Of a DNA stretch of 64,000 nt, positions 47,303 through 56,332 are shown piece by piece; position 1 is the first letter of the stretch, and the number at the start of each line of letters is the position of its first letter. Source of the stretch: an uncultured Chloroflexia bacterium (GTDB taxonomy: Bacteria; Chloroflexota; Dehalococcoidia; GIF9; AB-539-J10). Where the stretch lies: the NCBI GenBank assembly GCA_963769975.1, contig CAVYNS010000003.1:32551-96550 (forward strand), in the 5' to 3' direction. Both the position numbers and the translations under genes were made by a program. Below the pieces are notes generated by a model. That model searched no databases. It had not been told where the DNA came from and saw only the letters and a program-made list of their open reading frames with translations.

Positions 47303-47331
47303 TTGACGTGCTTGTCAAGGCTGAGTATACT
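47303..47331 (+). promoter_or_regulatory. Sigma70-like promoter upstream of hbd
   Basis: TTGACG (47303-47308), 17-nt spacer, TATACT (47326-47331). Confidence 0.5.
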
Positions 47332-47401
47332 TGTGCCAGTCTGGCAGCACGATGGAAAATCTTGAAGAATCGCACAATGCAACACGAAAGGGGTGACTAC
47401 T

Positions 47402-48262
47402 ATGCGAATTAAGAAAGTAGGTGTAGTTGGCGGTGGATTTATGGGCTCGGGCATTGTCCAGGTCTGTGCTCAGTCTGGCTACGAGGTGGTGCTTGTAGGA
47501 AGGAGAGAAGAGAGTCTCAACAAGGGCATAGCCACAATAGAATATTACCTGAGTCGGGATGTAGAGAAGGGTAGAATATCTCAACATGATAAAGACTTGA
47601 CTCTGTCTCGCATCAAGAAGAGCCTCAATCAAGAGGACCTGAATGACCATGATTTAGTTATAGAAGCTATCCCGGAGGATATGGAACGCAAGAAAAAGGT
47701 TTTTGTCGAGCTGGACAAAATCTGTTCCGGGCGTACCATCTTTTGCACCAACACATCCTGTCTATCCGTTACAGAACTTGCTCGAGCAACCAGACGTCCG
47801 GACAGGGTAATTGGAACACACTTTCTATCCCCGGTGCCGCCTAGCAAGCTACTCGAGATTGTTAGAGCAGACACGACCAGTGAGGAGACCCTAGCGACAG
47901 TAAAGAAGTTTGGCCGCTCACTTGGAAAGGAAATCCTTGTTGCCAAAGATACTCCTGGGTTCATTTTCAACTATTTACTGATAGCATTGACGAGAGCCGC
48001 TGAGTGCTTGCTAGAGAATGGGGTAGCCAGCGCAGAAGATATTGACAAGAGTATGACTCTTGGTCTGGGTCATCCTATAGGTCCATTGGCCTTGGCCGAC
48101 TTTAACGGTCTGGACGTTGGCTATATGGTAAGCTGTGCGATGTATGAGAGGGGCAAGGACCCCTGCCTGGCTCCCTCTACTATCCTGAAAGAGCTGGTTG
48201 ATTCTGGTCGTTTGGGACGTAAGACGGGTGAAGGGTTCTACAAGTATAAAAAAGAAAAGTAG
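47402..48262 (+). CDS. hbd: 3-hydroxyacyl-CoA (3-hydroxybutyryl-CoA) dehydrogenase
   Basis: VGVVGGGFMGSGI Rossmann motif, NTS, GTHFLSP, DTPGFIFN, GLGHPIGPLALADF. The ATG at 47402 has a GAAAGGGG RBS. Confidence 0.9.
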   Translation: MRIKKVGVVGGGFMGSGIVQVCAQSGYEVVLVGRREESLNKGIATIEYYLSRDVEKGRISQHDKDLTLSRIKKSLNQEDLNDHDLVIEAIPEDMERKKKVFVELDKICSGRTIFCTNTSCLSVTELARATRRPDRVIGTHFLSPVPPSKLLEIVRADTTSEETLATVKKFGRSLGKEILVAKDTPGFIFNYLLIALTRAAECLLENGVASAEDIDKSMTLGLGHPIGPLALADFNGLDVGYMVSCAMYERGKDPCLAPSTILKELVDSGRLGRKTGEGFYKYKKEK

Positions 48263-48277
48263 TGCACTTAAAGAAGA

Positions 48278-48907
48278 TTAGCTAAGGTCGTTAAGCTTAG
48301 TCTCCAGATTTTTTTGCCTTAGGGATACTGTTAAATCACCTCGAGTTCTTTCTATAATGCCTCGTACGGCATCTGTAGTTCGCCTCAAGCCGTGAGCGAG
48401 CAATTCCGGGAAGTCCATGGTCATCAATATTCCGTAGATTTCATCCATTATGGTCAGTAATTCCTCGCAACGGGAAAAGTCATCCCGCCTGAGACTGTCT
48501 AATATATACCTCCGCAATTCCCCTACGGATTCGCCCAAGCCATCAAGGTAAGCAGCATTGCTTACGCCCAGTGCTCTCGGCTTCGGCAAGTCTTCTCCGG
48601 CAATCAAAGCTAAAGTTATATATCCTTCAGCGAACTCCTTTTGAGCATCGTGAATGAAACCCGAATGCAGTAGCTTTCCATGCCTGGCCAGGTCGTGATT
48701 TAGCTCTTGAAGTAATTCATGGGCTGAATCAAGGAGTTGTTTTGCCTTACCATGCTCCTGGCGATGTACGGCACGTATGGCATCAGCACTGTAACGAATG
48801 ACTTGACGACAACTACGCAAGGCTTTTTCTCTCGCCTCATCCTCAGCCGCAAAGCAAGGACGAAGCTTCGCAGCAATATTTTCCAAATCTTCTACTGGTT
48901 TTGACAT
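48278..48907 (-). CDS. Translin-family protein
   Basis: All-helical, 209 aa, with AQKEFAEGY and YLDGLGESVGELRRY resembling translin-family signatures. Confidence 0.55.
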   Translation of the reverse strand: MSKPVEDLENIAAKLRPCFAAEDEAREKALRSCRQVIRYSADAIRAVHRQEHGKAKQLLDSAHELLQELNHDLARHGKLLHSGFIHDAQKEFAEGYITLALIAGEDLPKPRALGVSNAAYLDGLGESVGELRRYILDSLRRDDFSRCEELLTIMDEIYGILMTMDFPELLAHGLRRTTDAVRGIIERTRGDLTVSLRQKNLETKLNDLS

Positions 48908-49977
48908 TTCTCTTTCACCAAATCCATTTTTGCAACCAATTTCTGTACAGCTCCCCTGACATCTTTCTCGCCCAGGACAGCGCTGATCACGGCTATGGCA
49001 TCAGCGCCAGCAGCCACTACTTCGCCGACATTATTCTGGTTTATGCCGCCAATGGCTACTACAGGTGTGGACACAGTTCGCTTGAGTTCTTTGAGTATAT
49101 CCACTCCCACTACAGTAGCTTCCCTTTTTGTTGTCGTGGGAAATATAGAGCCCACGGCGATATAATCCACTCCTTCTTTTTGAGCTTTTGTGGCTTGAAC
49201 CAGTGTGGTGACAGAACAGCCAACTATTTTGTCTATGGGCAATTGCCTGCGGACTACAGGCAGAGGTAAATCCTCCTGCCCGATGTGAAGTCCATCGGCA
49301 TCAACAGCCATAGCTAAGTCGAGATAATCATTTATTATAAATAGAATACCCTCTTGACTACAGAGTTTCTGGAGTTTTTGCGCTACAAGTAGCAATTCCC
49401 CCTTTTTGCTCTGCTTGTCGCGAAGCTGGATTACCCTGGCACCTCCCTCAATAATTTGGTGAGCAATGTCCAGCTCATCCCTGCCTGCCAGAAATTGCCT
49501 ATCCAGGATAACGTAAAGCCCGCGCAGCTTTTCTATTTTGTCCCGGCGTGATATTCGGGAAATCAAATCTCGCTCTAAGGTATAAAGGACAAACCTTGAC
49601 TGTTCAAAGCTGGCTGAATTTAGCAGTGGACTCACCTCTGGCAATTTAGCTAGCTCCTCTACCACGCGAAGAGACTCCTCTACCCTTTTAGCATTGGCGG
49701 TAACTAAATCCAGCAAACTCCGCAACGAAGTCGCTTCCATAGTTAGTTCCTTGTCCTTTGAGTGGAGATGACCAACATCACGTTCGGAATCTCTGTTAGA
49801 CAAGAGGCCTACGTTCAATGATTTAGTCTCCTGGGCCAGGCCATGGCGTAGAGACTTTAACCGCTGGCTCAACTCAGCATCGTTGAGAAGAAAGCGCGCG
49901 ACATCTTCCAGAACCCGCAAGCCTTCACTGGAGCGGTTTAGATTGGCATCAATCATACGCAGAGATTGGTGAGGCAC
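48892..49977 (-). CDS. thiE: Thiamine-phosphate synthase ThiE with a ~150-aa N-terminal extension domain
   Basis: The C-terminal 200 aa hold ThiE motifs (LYVILD, IQLRDK, IINDYLDLA, GLHIGQEDL, VGCSV, DYIAVGSIFPTTTK, VAIGGI). The N-domain reads MIDANLNRSSEGLRVLEDVARF. Confidence 0.85.
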   Translation of the reverse strand: MPHQSLRMIDANLNRSSEGLRVLEDVARFLLNDAELSQRLKSLRHGLAQETKSLNVGLLSNRDSERDVGHLHSKDKELTMEATSLRSLLDLVTANAKRVEESLRVVEELAKLPEVSPLLNSASFEQSRFVLYTLERDLISRISRRDKIEKLRGLYVILDRQFLAGRDELDIAHQIIEGGARVIQLRDKQSKKGELLLVAQKLQKLCSQEGILFIINDYLDLAMAVDADGLHIGQEDLPLPVVRRQLPIDKIVGCSVTTLVQATKAQKEGVDYIAVGSIFPTTTKREATVVGVDILKELKRTVSTPVVAIGGINQNNVGEVVAAGADAIAVISAVLGEKDVRGAVQKLVAKMDLVKEKCQNQ

Positions 49978-50335
49978 TTCCTAGGTCCTTCAGCGGCTCA
50001 GGCAACACGCCTTCCCTGGCTGCTTGTATCTTCTTCTGAATCTGGGATGGTAACTGCTGGCCCATGTTTTGGAACTTCTTTTCCACCCAGCGACCGATAT
50101 TCCGGGGGTCTTTGTAATAATAATCATCACCGGGGTGCATTGTAGGCTCGCCGCTCTCCTCCCATACCGTTTTCAACGACTTATGGTAGGTATGGTAGGC
50201 AAAGCCGGAAATGACACGAGATAAATTGGTATTGCCGCAGGATGAGCATTTTGGAGCAAAAGGAGCCGAAATATCCCTTACCAGAAAAGACAGTCTTCTG
50301 TGGCAGTTCTGACAGATAAATTCATAAATGGGCAT
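49949..50335 (-). CDS. FmdB-family zinc-ribbon protein
   Basis: MPIYEFICQNC...CSSCGN, a CxxC-N-CxxC ribbon. Confidence 0.7.
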   Translation of the reverse strand: MPIYEFICQNCHRRLSFLVRDISAPFAPKCSSCGNTNLSRVISGFAYHTYHKSLKTVWEESGEPTMHPGDDYYYKDPRNIGRWVEKKFQNMGQQLPSQIQKKIQAAREGVLPEPLKDLGSASPISAYD

Positions 50336-50350
50336 GGGACACCTTCTCGT

Positions 50351-50734
50351 TCAACCGCTCTCAGGCTTGCCTTCCCCTTGGCCAGAAAATTCCTTCCTTT
50401 TTTCTTCTATCTGGGTAACGGGCCATTCGCCCCTCTCCATTCTCTCGGTTATTTCCTGATATTCCAGAGGGGATTTCTCACCGCTGCTCATTCTCTTGTT
50501 CCATTCGGCTATTGCCCTCGGGTCATCGCGCATCATCCCCTGGGTCAGTTCACGGTCGGAAAGGATATCTTCATAGACATCCTTGTATGTCTTCTGTACG
50601 GAAAAAGTGGAGAATATCCGCTTGAGCTTGTTGTTGCCGCAGCGAGGACAAGGTGGTGGGGGCACAGAGGAGCTCTGCCGATATGAGCTAACAACTCGGC
50701 GACAGGAATCGCACCAATACTCATATATAGGCAT
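50351..50734 (-). CDS. FmdB-family zinc-ribbon protein (tandem paralogue)
   Basis: MPIYEYWCDSC...CPRCGN. Confidence 0.7.
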   Translation of the reverse strand: MPIYEYWCDSCRRVVSSYRQSSSVPPPPCPRCGNNKLKRIFSTFSVQKTYKDVYEDILSDRELTQGMMRDDPRAIAEWNKRMSSGEKSPLEYQEITERMERGEWPVTQIEEKRKEFSGQGEGKPESG

Positions 50735-50812
50735 TTTCCTCTAGCGAAGAAATTTTAGCACAACTCCTTCCTTCGACCAAACCGTGCCAGAAAATATAAC
50801 TCCTCTTCTTTT

Positions 50813-50846
50813 GTCTTTGTGAGGAGCGTAGCGACGAAGCAATCTC
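50813..50846. repeat. Single unit of the GTCATT..GAG repeat family
   Basis: GTCTTTGTGAGGAGCGTAGCGACGAAGCAATCTC, compared with GTCATTGCGAGGAGCAGTAGCG (reverse arm of the pabB element). Confidence 0.5.
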
Positions 50847-50856
50847 GGAGGAATTA

Positions 50857-52050
50857 TTAAGGATAGCCTAGCTCTTTGCCCAGAACTGCTACGGCGGCTA
50901 CCTGGGGGGGGCCGCCGAAGGTCTGTGATATGCCCAGCTTAGCATCTTTCAGTTGACGCTCAGGCGATTGAGCCTTGCCCTGGAGTTGTTTGTAAACTTC
51001 GTAAGTCATCCTGAGGCCACTAGCACCTACAGGGTGTCCAAAGCATTTCAACCCGCCATCGGTATTTGCAGGCAAGCCACCACCGAGCTCAAAGAAGCCA
51101 GAATCGATATCCTCCTTGGATTTACCCTCCGGGCTGAAGCCAAGGAGTTCGTAAAGAAGCAACTCTGTGCTGGTAAAGCAATCGTGAACTTCAGCAATGT
51201 CGATTTGTTCTCGGGGATTCTTTACCCCAGCCTGCTGGTAAGCTTGGCGAGACGAATTTATGACCTCCTCGAAATGGAGCCAATCGAAAGCTGGGCGGTT
51301 CTGTGGAAGCAGAGCGGAATGAGCCGCACCTAAGCCCTTTATATAGATAGGGTCATCTCTGTATTTTCTGGCTTGACTGGCGGGAACCAGGAGGGCTGCG
51401 GCACTGCCGTCACTGTTCCCACAGCAATCAAAAAGACCCAGGGGCCAGGCGATAATAGGAGCATTCAGCACCTGTTCCAGGGTTACGCGGTTCTGGAAAT
51501 GAGCCTTAGGGCAAAGGCTGCCGTTGTAATGGTTCTTAACCGCAATTTTGCCAATGATGCGTTTCCCTTCTTCGGGGCTCAGTCCGTAAGTGTAGAAATA
51601 TCGAGTGGCGATCATGCCAAACGAACCTGGCGCCGTACGGCGTGCTTCCAGCACTGGGCTCATGCCTCGTCCAGTTCCCAGGCCGGGGAAGCCGGTATCC
51701 TTGAGCTTCTCCACACCCAGTGCCAAAACTAAATCATACATACCACAAGCGACACCAAAGCAGGCATTCCTTAGAGCCTCATGCCCGGTGGTGCACCAAT
51801 TCTCCACCCGGCTCATGGGTATGCCGTGCAGTTTCAATGATCCCGCCAGATGAGTACAGCCAATGCCAACCACCGGTTGGGTGACAGTCCCATACCAGCA
51901 AGCCTGAATATCTTTGGGGTTGATCTCGGCATCTTCATAAGCTTCATAGGCAGCTTCTATAGCCAGGTCATCAAGCCCGGCGTCCCATCTTTCGCCAAAC
52001 TTAGTGCAGCCCATACCAATAATGGCAACTTTATCCTTAATACTCTCCAT
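50857..52050 (-). CDS. Thiolase-family acetyl-CoA C-acyltransferase (archaeal/SCP-x-like type)
   Basis: VAIIGMGCTKFGE, the active-site Cys region WCTTGHEAL, EVHDCF, and GHPVGASG near the C-terminus. Confidence 0.85.
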   Translation of the reverse strand: MESIKDKVAIIGMGCTKFGERWDAGLDDLAIEAAYEAYEDAEINPKDIQACWYGTVTQPVVGIGCTHLAGSLKLHGIPMSRVENWCTTGHEALRNACFGVACGMYDLVLALGVEKLKDTGFPGLGTGRGMSPVLEARRTAPGSFGMIATRYFYTYGLSPEEGKRIIGKIAVKNHYNGSLCPKAHFQNRVTLEQVLNAPIIAWPLGLFDCCGNSDGSAAALLVPASQARKYRDDPIYIKGLGAAHSALLPQNRPAFDWLHFEEVINSSRQAYQQAGVKNPREQIDIAEVHDCFTSTELLLYELLGFSPEGKSKEDIDSGFFELGGGLPANTDGGLKCFGHPVGASGLRMTYEVYKQLQGKAQSPERQLKDAKLGISQTFGGPPQVAAVAVLGKELGYP

Positions 52051-52076
52051 TTAGCTACCCTCCCTTGGTTATTAGC

Positions 52077-52934
52077 TCACGACTCCCTCTTTTCCTCACC
52101 TTCGTAAACTTCGGGAAATATTTCCTTTCTCCTAAATTTTTGCCAGTCTGGCTTCTGTTTCTGCCAAAATGCGTTCTTCCAATGTTCAGCTTCATCCGAA
52201 GCGTAATATTTCCAAAGGTATTGAGCGGAAACTGCCTCTATGCCCCGCATATAGGTAGTGGCGGCGTTGAAACACGTTTTGATGCCGGCTATAGCTCCAG
52301 GACTTTTCTCCAATATCTCGTCGCATAATTTGTCCACCTCTTCCTCCAACTTGTCTGCTGGTACTACTTTGTTCACCAGTCCCATCTCCAGGGCTTCTTG
52401 GGCAGTATATCGACGACAGAGATACCAAATTTCCTTGGCTTTCTTTTCTCCCACTACCATCATCAAATCAATAATGCCGACACCGGGGTCAAAACTTCCC
52501 ACCAAGGGGCCGACCTGGCCAAAGACGGCATTTTCTGAAGCTATAGAGAGGTCGCAAATCTGTTGATAGACCTGCCCCCCTCCGATGGCATAACCGTTCA
52601 CTGCGGCAATAACTGGCTTAGGCATCTCCCGTATTAGGGTTTTGACCATTAAATCCTTTTCCAACATTCCCTTCCGATAGCCGGCTTTTGCCTCCTTGGC
52701 ATCACCGCCGGTACAAAATGCCTTATCGCCGGCGCCAGTAAACACCACCACGCCTACAGTAGCATCACTTGCCACATCCTCAAAAACTTTTATCAATTCG
52801 TCTTGGGTGGAGGTAGTAAAAGCGTTATATGCTTCGGGTCTGTTTATGGTTACCCTAGCTACTCCGGGCCTCTTTTCGTAGATGATATCTTTGAAATCAA
52901 ATCCTAGCACCTTTTCCCATTTTCTCTCTTCCAT
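52077..52934 (-). CDS. Enoyl-CoA hydratase/isomerase (crotonase) family protein, MenB/BadI-like
   Basis: ARVTINRPEAYNAF, VVVFTGAGDKAFCTGGD, AAVNGYAIGGG. Confidence 0.8.
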   Translation of the reverse strand: MEERKWEKVLGFDFKDIIYEKRPGVARVTINRPEAYNAFTTSTQDELIKVFEDVASDATVGVVVFTGAGDKAFCTGGDAKEAKAGYRKGMLEKDLMVKTLIREMPKPVIAAVNGYAIGGGQVYQQICDLSIASENAVFGQVGPLVGSFDPGVGIIDLMMVVGEKKAKEIWYLCRRYTAQEALEMGLVNKVVPADKLEEEVDKLCDEILEKSPGAIAGIKTCFNAATTYMRGIEAVSAQYLWKYYASDEAEHWKNAFWQKQKPDWQKFRRKEIFPEVYEGEEKRES

Positions 52935-52958
52935 GGCTCATCCTTTCATCTTGATATC

Positions 52959-54386
52959 TCACCTTAGGGGTCGGCATTTCCAAAAATAGTTGTACATGCC
53001 CGCACCTTCGTATAGCTTCCTGAAAGTCATCTCTACTGGCATATCCACCTTTACCTCGCGGGGGTCACAATCCGTCATGGGAAAATAAGCTCTGGTATTT
53101 TGGTAGTCAAACTCTATTCCTATCTGGGGTACTGTGGGGTCGTCACTTCTGCCAGCCAGGTTATCCAGGGTAAAAGTAAACACCTTGGCTTTTCTGTCCG
53201 AGAGCCTGACTTCCTCAAAATTATCCTTGCTTCGGCAGTTATAGCAAACCCTTTCTATAGGAAAAGTGACGGTACCGCAATTCTTGCACTGGCTACCATG
53301 CATGCGAATGGCCCAGTTGCGCTCCCTCCAGCTGGTGGTCGCTGCCGGAAAGAGCCTGAACGGTTCACCAGGTTGCGGCTCTAACAGTCCCCTATAGCTG
53401 AGGTATCTTGCATAACTGGAGAGGGCTCCCTTGGAGTTCAAGTATCCCTTCACTCCTCTCCTGTTACCCTTGACCTTTTCAATTTCTTGCGTTACGCTGA
53501 GCAGGAAGGCGTCGCAACCACTACCGTAGCTAGCCACCAGGATCCTGTCACCAGCCTTAGCTTCCTCCAGGGCAGCTACGAGCATAAGCAAAGCGTGTGC
53601 ACAACCCGTAATACCGACATTGTTGATAAGCAGGTCTTGAAGTTGGGTCTTAACATCAAACCCCAAGCGTCGCGCCAGCCCTTGCTGTGCCCTTGAAGTA
53701 GGAGCATAAAGCACAGCTTTGGTGATATCCTTGACAGAGAGTGCTTTCTTCCGCAGTAAGCCTGAAATTGCTCTCTCCATATTCTCTGTATAGCCATGCT
53801 CGATAATGAAACGGTCTTCCCAGGATTGAACATAGATATCTTTATCTAGTCTCCACACGTCATATAGCTCGTTGGATAAGGAATGACTGCCTTCCATCAT
53901 GACAGCGGGTTTGGCAGTATCGCCAATCAACAAAGCTGCGGCAGCATCACCAAAGGTCTGTTCATAGTTTGACCGGGGATAACCTAGACGGCAATCAGAG
54001 GCAGTCACTAAGACTTGGCTGGCCGAGCCACTGCCTACAGCATCCAATGCTGCTCTGAATGCCGCCGTCGCTGCCCTCAAGCTGTTGCCGAAGTCGGCGG
54101 TGATAATTTCCGGTCTTAAGTCGGCAGCCATGGCTACCAAGGTAGAGCATTCCTTTTCCTTATAAGGCGAGGTGGTGGAGGCAAAATATAAGCCATCTAC
54201 CTTCTCCCGTTTTAAGCCAGCTAAACAATCAATCGCAGCCTCACTTGCCATGGTGATAGTGTCTTCGTCGTTGTTGGCTACGCTTCTTTCACCCCCAGTT
54301 GAGGCACTTTCCCAAGCCTTGGCGATAGCATCCCGAGAGAGCCGCCATAACGGTATATAAGCACCGTATGAAATAATGCCAGCCAT
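52959..54386 (-). CDS. HMG-CoA synthase-like condensing enzyme fused to a C-terminal DUF35 (zinc ribbon plus OB-fold) domain
   Basis: The N-terminal ~345 aa resemble archaeal HMGCS (ISYGAYIPLWRL, FASTTSPY, SDCRLG, GCAHALL). The C-terminus has CKNCGTVTFPIERVCYNCRS followed by an OB-like segment. Confidence 0.75.
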   Translation of the reverse strand: MAGIISYGAYIPLWRLSRDAIAKAWESASTGGERSVANNDEDTITMASEAAIDCLAGLKREKVDGLYFASTTSPYKEKECSTLVAMAADLRPEIITADFGNSLRAATAAFRAALDAVGSGSASQVLVTASDCRLGYPRSNYEQTFGDAAAALLIGDTAKPAVMMEGSHSLSNELYDVWRLDKDIYVQSWEDRFIIEHGYTENMERAISGLLRKKALSVKDITKAVLYAPTSRAQQGLARRLGFDVKTQLQDLLINNVGITGCAHALLMLVAALEEAKAGDRILVASYGSGCDAFLLSVTQEIEKVKGNRRGVKGYLNSKGALSSYARYLSYRGLLEPQPGEPFRLFPAATTSWRERNWAIRMHGSQCKNCGTVTFPIERVCYNCRSKDNFEEVRLSDRKAKVFTFTLDNLAGRSDDPTVPQIGIEFDYQNTRAYFPMTDCDPREVKVDMPVEMTFRKLYEGAGMYNYFWKCRPLR

Positions 54387-54499
54387 GAACTGAGACCTCC
54401 TTTATTTGTATTCGTCGAATCCGTGTCCCGTCTTCCTGCCAAAATCCCTACTCCAACTTTCGACAGTCATCTTTTTGGCATCTCCGGACCGGCATATAG

Positions 54500-54527
54500 A
54501 TTATGCCCCTTATCTTGAAGTTGTCAA
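54500..54527 (-). promoter_or_regulatory. Sigma70-like promoter of the HMGCS-crotonase-thiolase operon
   Basis: On the minus strand: TTGACA (54527-54522), 16-nt spacer, CATAAT (54505-54500). It lies about 115 nt upstream of the ATG at 54386. Confidence 0.5.
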
Positions 54528-54619
54528 TGGGGAAAGGATTTCTTCATCTACAGTAAATTTGACCAGCAACTGTTGGGAGTGGCTGGAAGCGTTTTAGCGA
54601 GAACACGATTCTGTGCGGG

Positions 54620-55315
54620 CTACTCCAGGTATAGTATCCTGCTGCAGTTATTGCATTGGATTAAATCGCCAGCTTTGACTTTCTGCCATTGACTTGTAGG
54701 TACGGAGATGTGGCATCCCAGGCATCTTCCTCTCTCCATCTTGACTACAGCTTGTCCCCGTGTCAGCCTGATGCGCTCATAAATGTTGAATGCTTCAGAA
54801 TCAATGTGCTGTGCTAGCTCATCACGGTCCTCTCTGAGTTCAGCAAGCACGGTTTCAAGTTCGCTTTTCCTGGGCCTAAAAGTTTCTTGCCTTTGTTCCC
54901 AGTCTCGCTTCAAGCGCTCAACTTCTTCGGCAGTAGTTTTTACTTTAGCTTCTATCTCTTCTACCTGGCTCATTAATCCTAAGAGGTCATCTTCTTTCGT
55001 CCTAATCTGGCTCTTCAGGCCTTTAACTTCTTTCTCAAGATTAACCAGTTCCTTGGGATCCTTGGTTTTGCCACTGTAAAGTTTGTTATCAATCTGCCTG
55101 ATTTTCTCTTGGAGGTCTTCCAGTTCCCATTCAGAACTCTTTTGTTTTTTCCTTGTGTCTTCGAGTTGGTCTTTTTGTGAGGCAAGTTTGGATTCGGCGG
55201 CGACCAAAGCCTTATTGTCGCTTAACTGATTTTCAACCTCGTTTAGCTCTTGTTGCCTCTCCTGAAGCTCTAGGTCAAGCTGTTGCAACTTATAAAGTTG
55301 GCCCGCCAAACTCAT
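54620..55315 (-). CDS. Coiled-coil protein with a C-terminal C4 zinc ribbon (COG1579/DUF164-like)
   Basis: Long heptad-rich region followed by CLGCHISVP...CNNCSRILY. Confidence 0.75.
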   Translation of the reverse strand: MSLAGQLYKLQQLDLELQERQQELNEVENQLSDNKALVAAESKLASQKDQLEDTRKKQKSSEWELEDLQEKIRQIDNKLYSGKTKDPKELVNLEKEVKGLKSQIRTKEDDLLGLMSQVEEIEAKVKTTAEEVERLKRDWEQRQETFRPRKSELETVLAELREDRDELAQHIDSEAFNIYERIRLTRGQAVVKMERGRCLGCHISVPTSQWQKVKAGDLIQCNNCSRILYLE

Positions 55316-55387
55316 AGTGGAACTTATTGTAGAAGTGAAGTGGGGATATTGTCAAAAGTGTGGGTAATTCCTTGGGTAACCGGGAAA

Positions 55388-56047
55388 CTAAAGTCTCACA
55401 GCGCGGGGCTTCACACGGCATTTTTCGGCAATGATAATGGAGTCTATCTGGGATACAACTTCATCGAGCTTATTTTGGCGGCTTGTTAGCACATAATCGA
55501 AAAGCGGTAGGCTTTTCATTTCCTTTTCAGCCTTTTCCAACCTCAGGGCTAAATCTTCTGAAGACTCGCTGTGTCGCCTCCTCAACCTTTTTTCTAGTTC
55601 TTCCAACGAAGAAGGCGTGAGGAAAATAAATACTGCTTGGGGCAAGATTTTCTTGATAGTAGCGGCACCCTGAACATCTACTTTGACTATTGTATCTAGC
55701 CCTTTGGCCAAAGCCGAAGTTATGTCGTCTTTGGGTACACCATAGTAGTTGCCATAGACATTGGCCCACTCTAGGAACTGGTGTTTGTCTATCATTTGTT
55801 GGAATTCTTTCCGGGAGAGGAAGTTATAGTTCACTCCATTCCTCTCTGTGGCACGTTTAAGACGTGTGGTAGCGGTAACGACATAGTGAAAGAGGCGCCC
55901 TGACCTTCTCATCCTGGCCAGCACAGCGTCCTTGCCTACTCCTGAAGGTCCGGAAAGGACGATAAGTAGGGATTGAGAGCTTCTGGCGCCTCTTCGCTTC
56001 GTTCGAAGCTTCGGCTCAAGGCTGCGAGTAGACACTTCCCAGCTCAA
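55388..56047 (-). CDS. gmk: Guanylate kinase
   Basis: LSGPSGVGKD P-loop, TTR, YGTP-like YYGVPK. The start is uncertain (TTG 56047 or GTG 56035). Confidence 0.9.
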   Translation of the reverse strand: MSWEVSTRSLEPKLRTKRRGARSSQSLLIVLSGPSGVGKDAVLARMRRSGRLFHYVVTATTRLKRATERNGVNYNFLSRKEFQQMIDKHQFLEWANVYGNYYGVPKDDITSALAKGLDTIVKVDVQGAATIKKILPQAVFIFLTPSSLEELEKRLRRRHSESSEDLALRLEKAEKEMKSLPLFDYVLTSRQNKLDEVVSQIDSIIIAEKCRVKPRAVRL

Positions 56048-56309
56048 CTTTTTCCTCGGATAGCATGGATGCAGTGGCTAATCTATGAGCGATAGTCTCT
56101 GCTGTCACAGCAGCCAGCATCATGTGACCGGTATCAAAAAGAACGGCGGTCTTGGCTTTCCTGCCGTGAGTGGCGTCAATTAGAAGCCCCTTTTCTCTCA
56201 CTTCCCGAAGGAGTCGCTTAGTTGGTTGTTGATTTATGGAAAGGAAAGCAATCGCCCTATTTACAGCGATAACATTACCAAAACCGACATGAACTAATTC
56301 TGTGCACAT
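56016..56309 (-). CDS. remA: RemA/DUF370-family protein
   Basis: VHVGFGNVIAVNRAIAF..PTKRLLREVREKGLLIDATHGRKAKTAVLFDTGHMMLAAVTAETIAHRL. It occupies the conserved position upstream of gmk. Confidence 0.85.
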   Translation of the reverse strand: MCTELVHVGFGNVIAVNRAIAFLSINQQPTKRLLREVREKGLLIDATHGRKAKTAVLFDTGHMMLAAVTAETIAHRLATASMLSEEKVELGSVYSQP

Positions 56310-56332
56310 ATTGCCCTCCTAACTATAATGCT

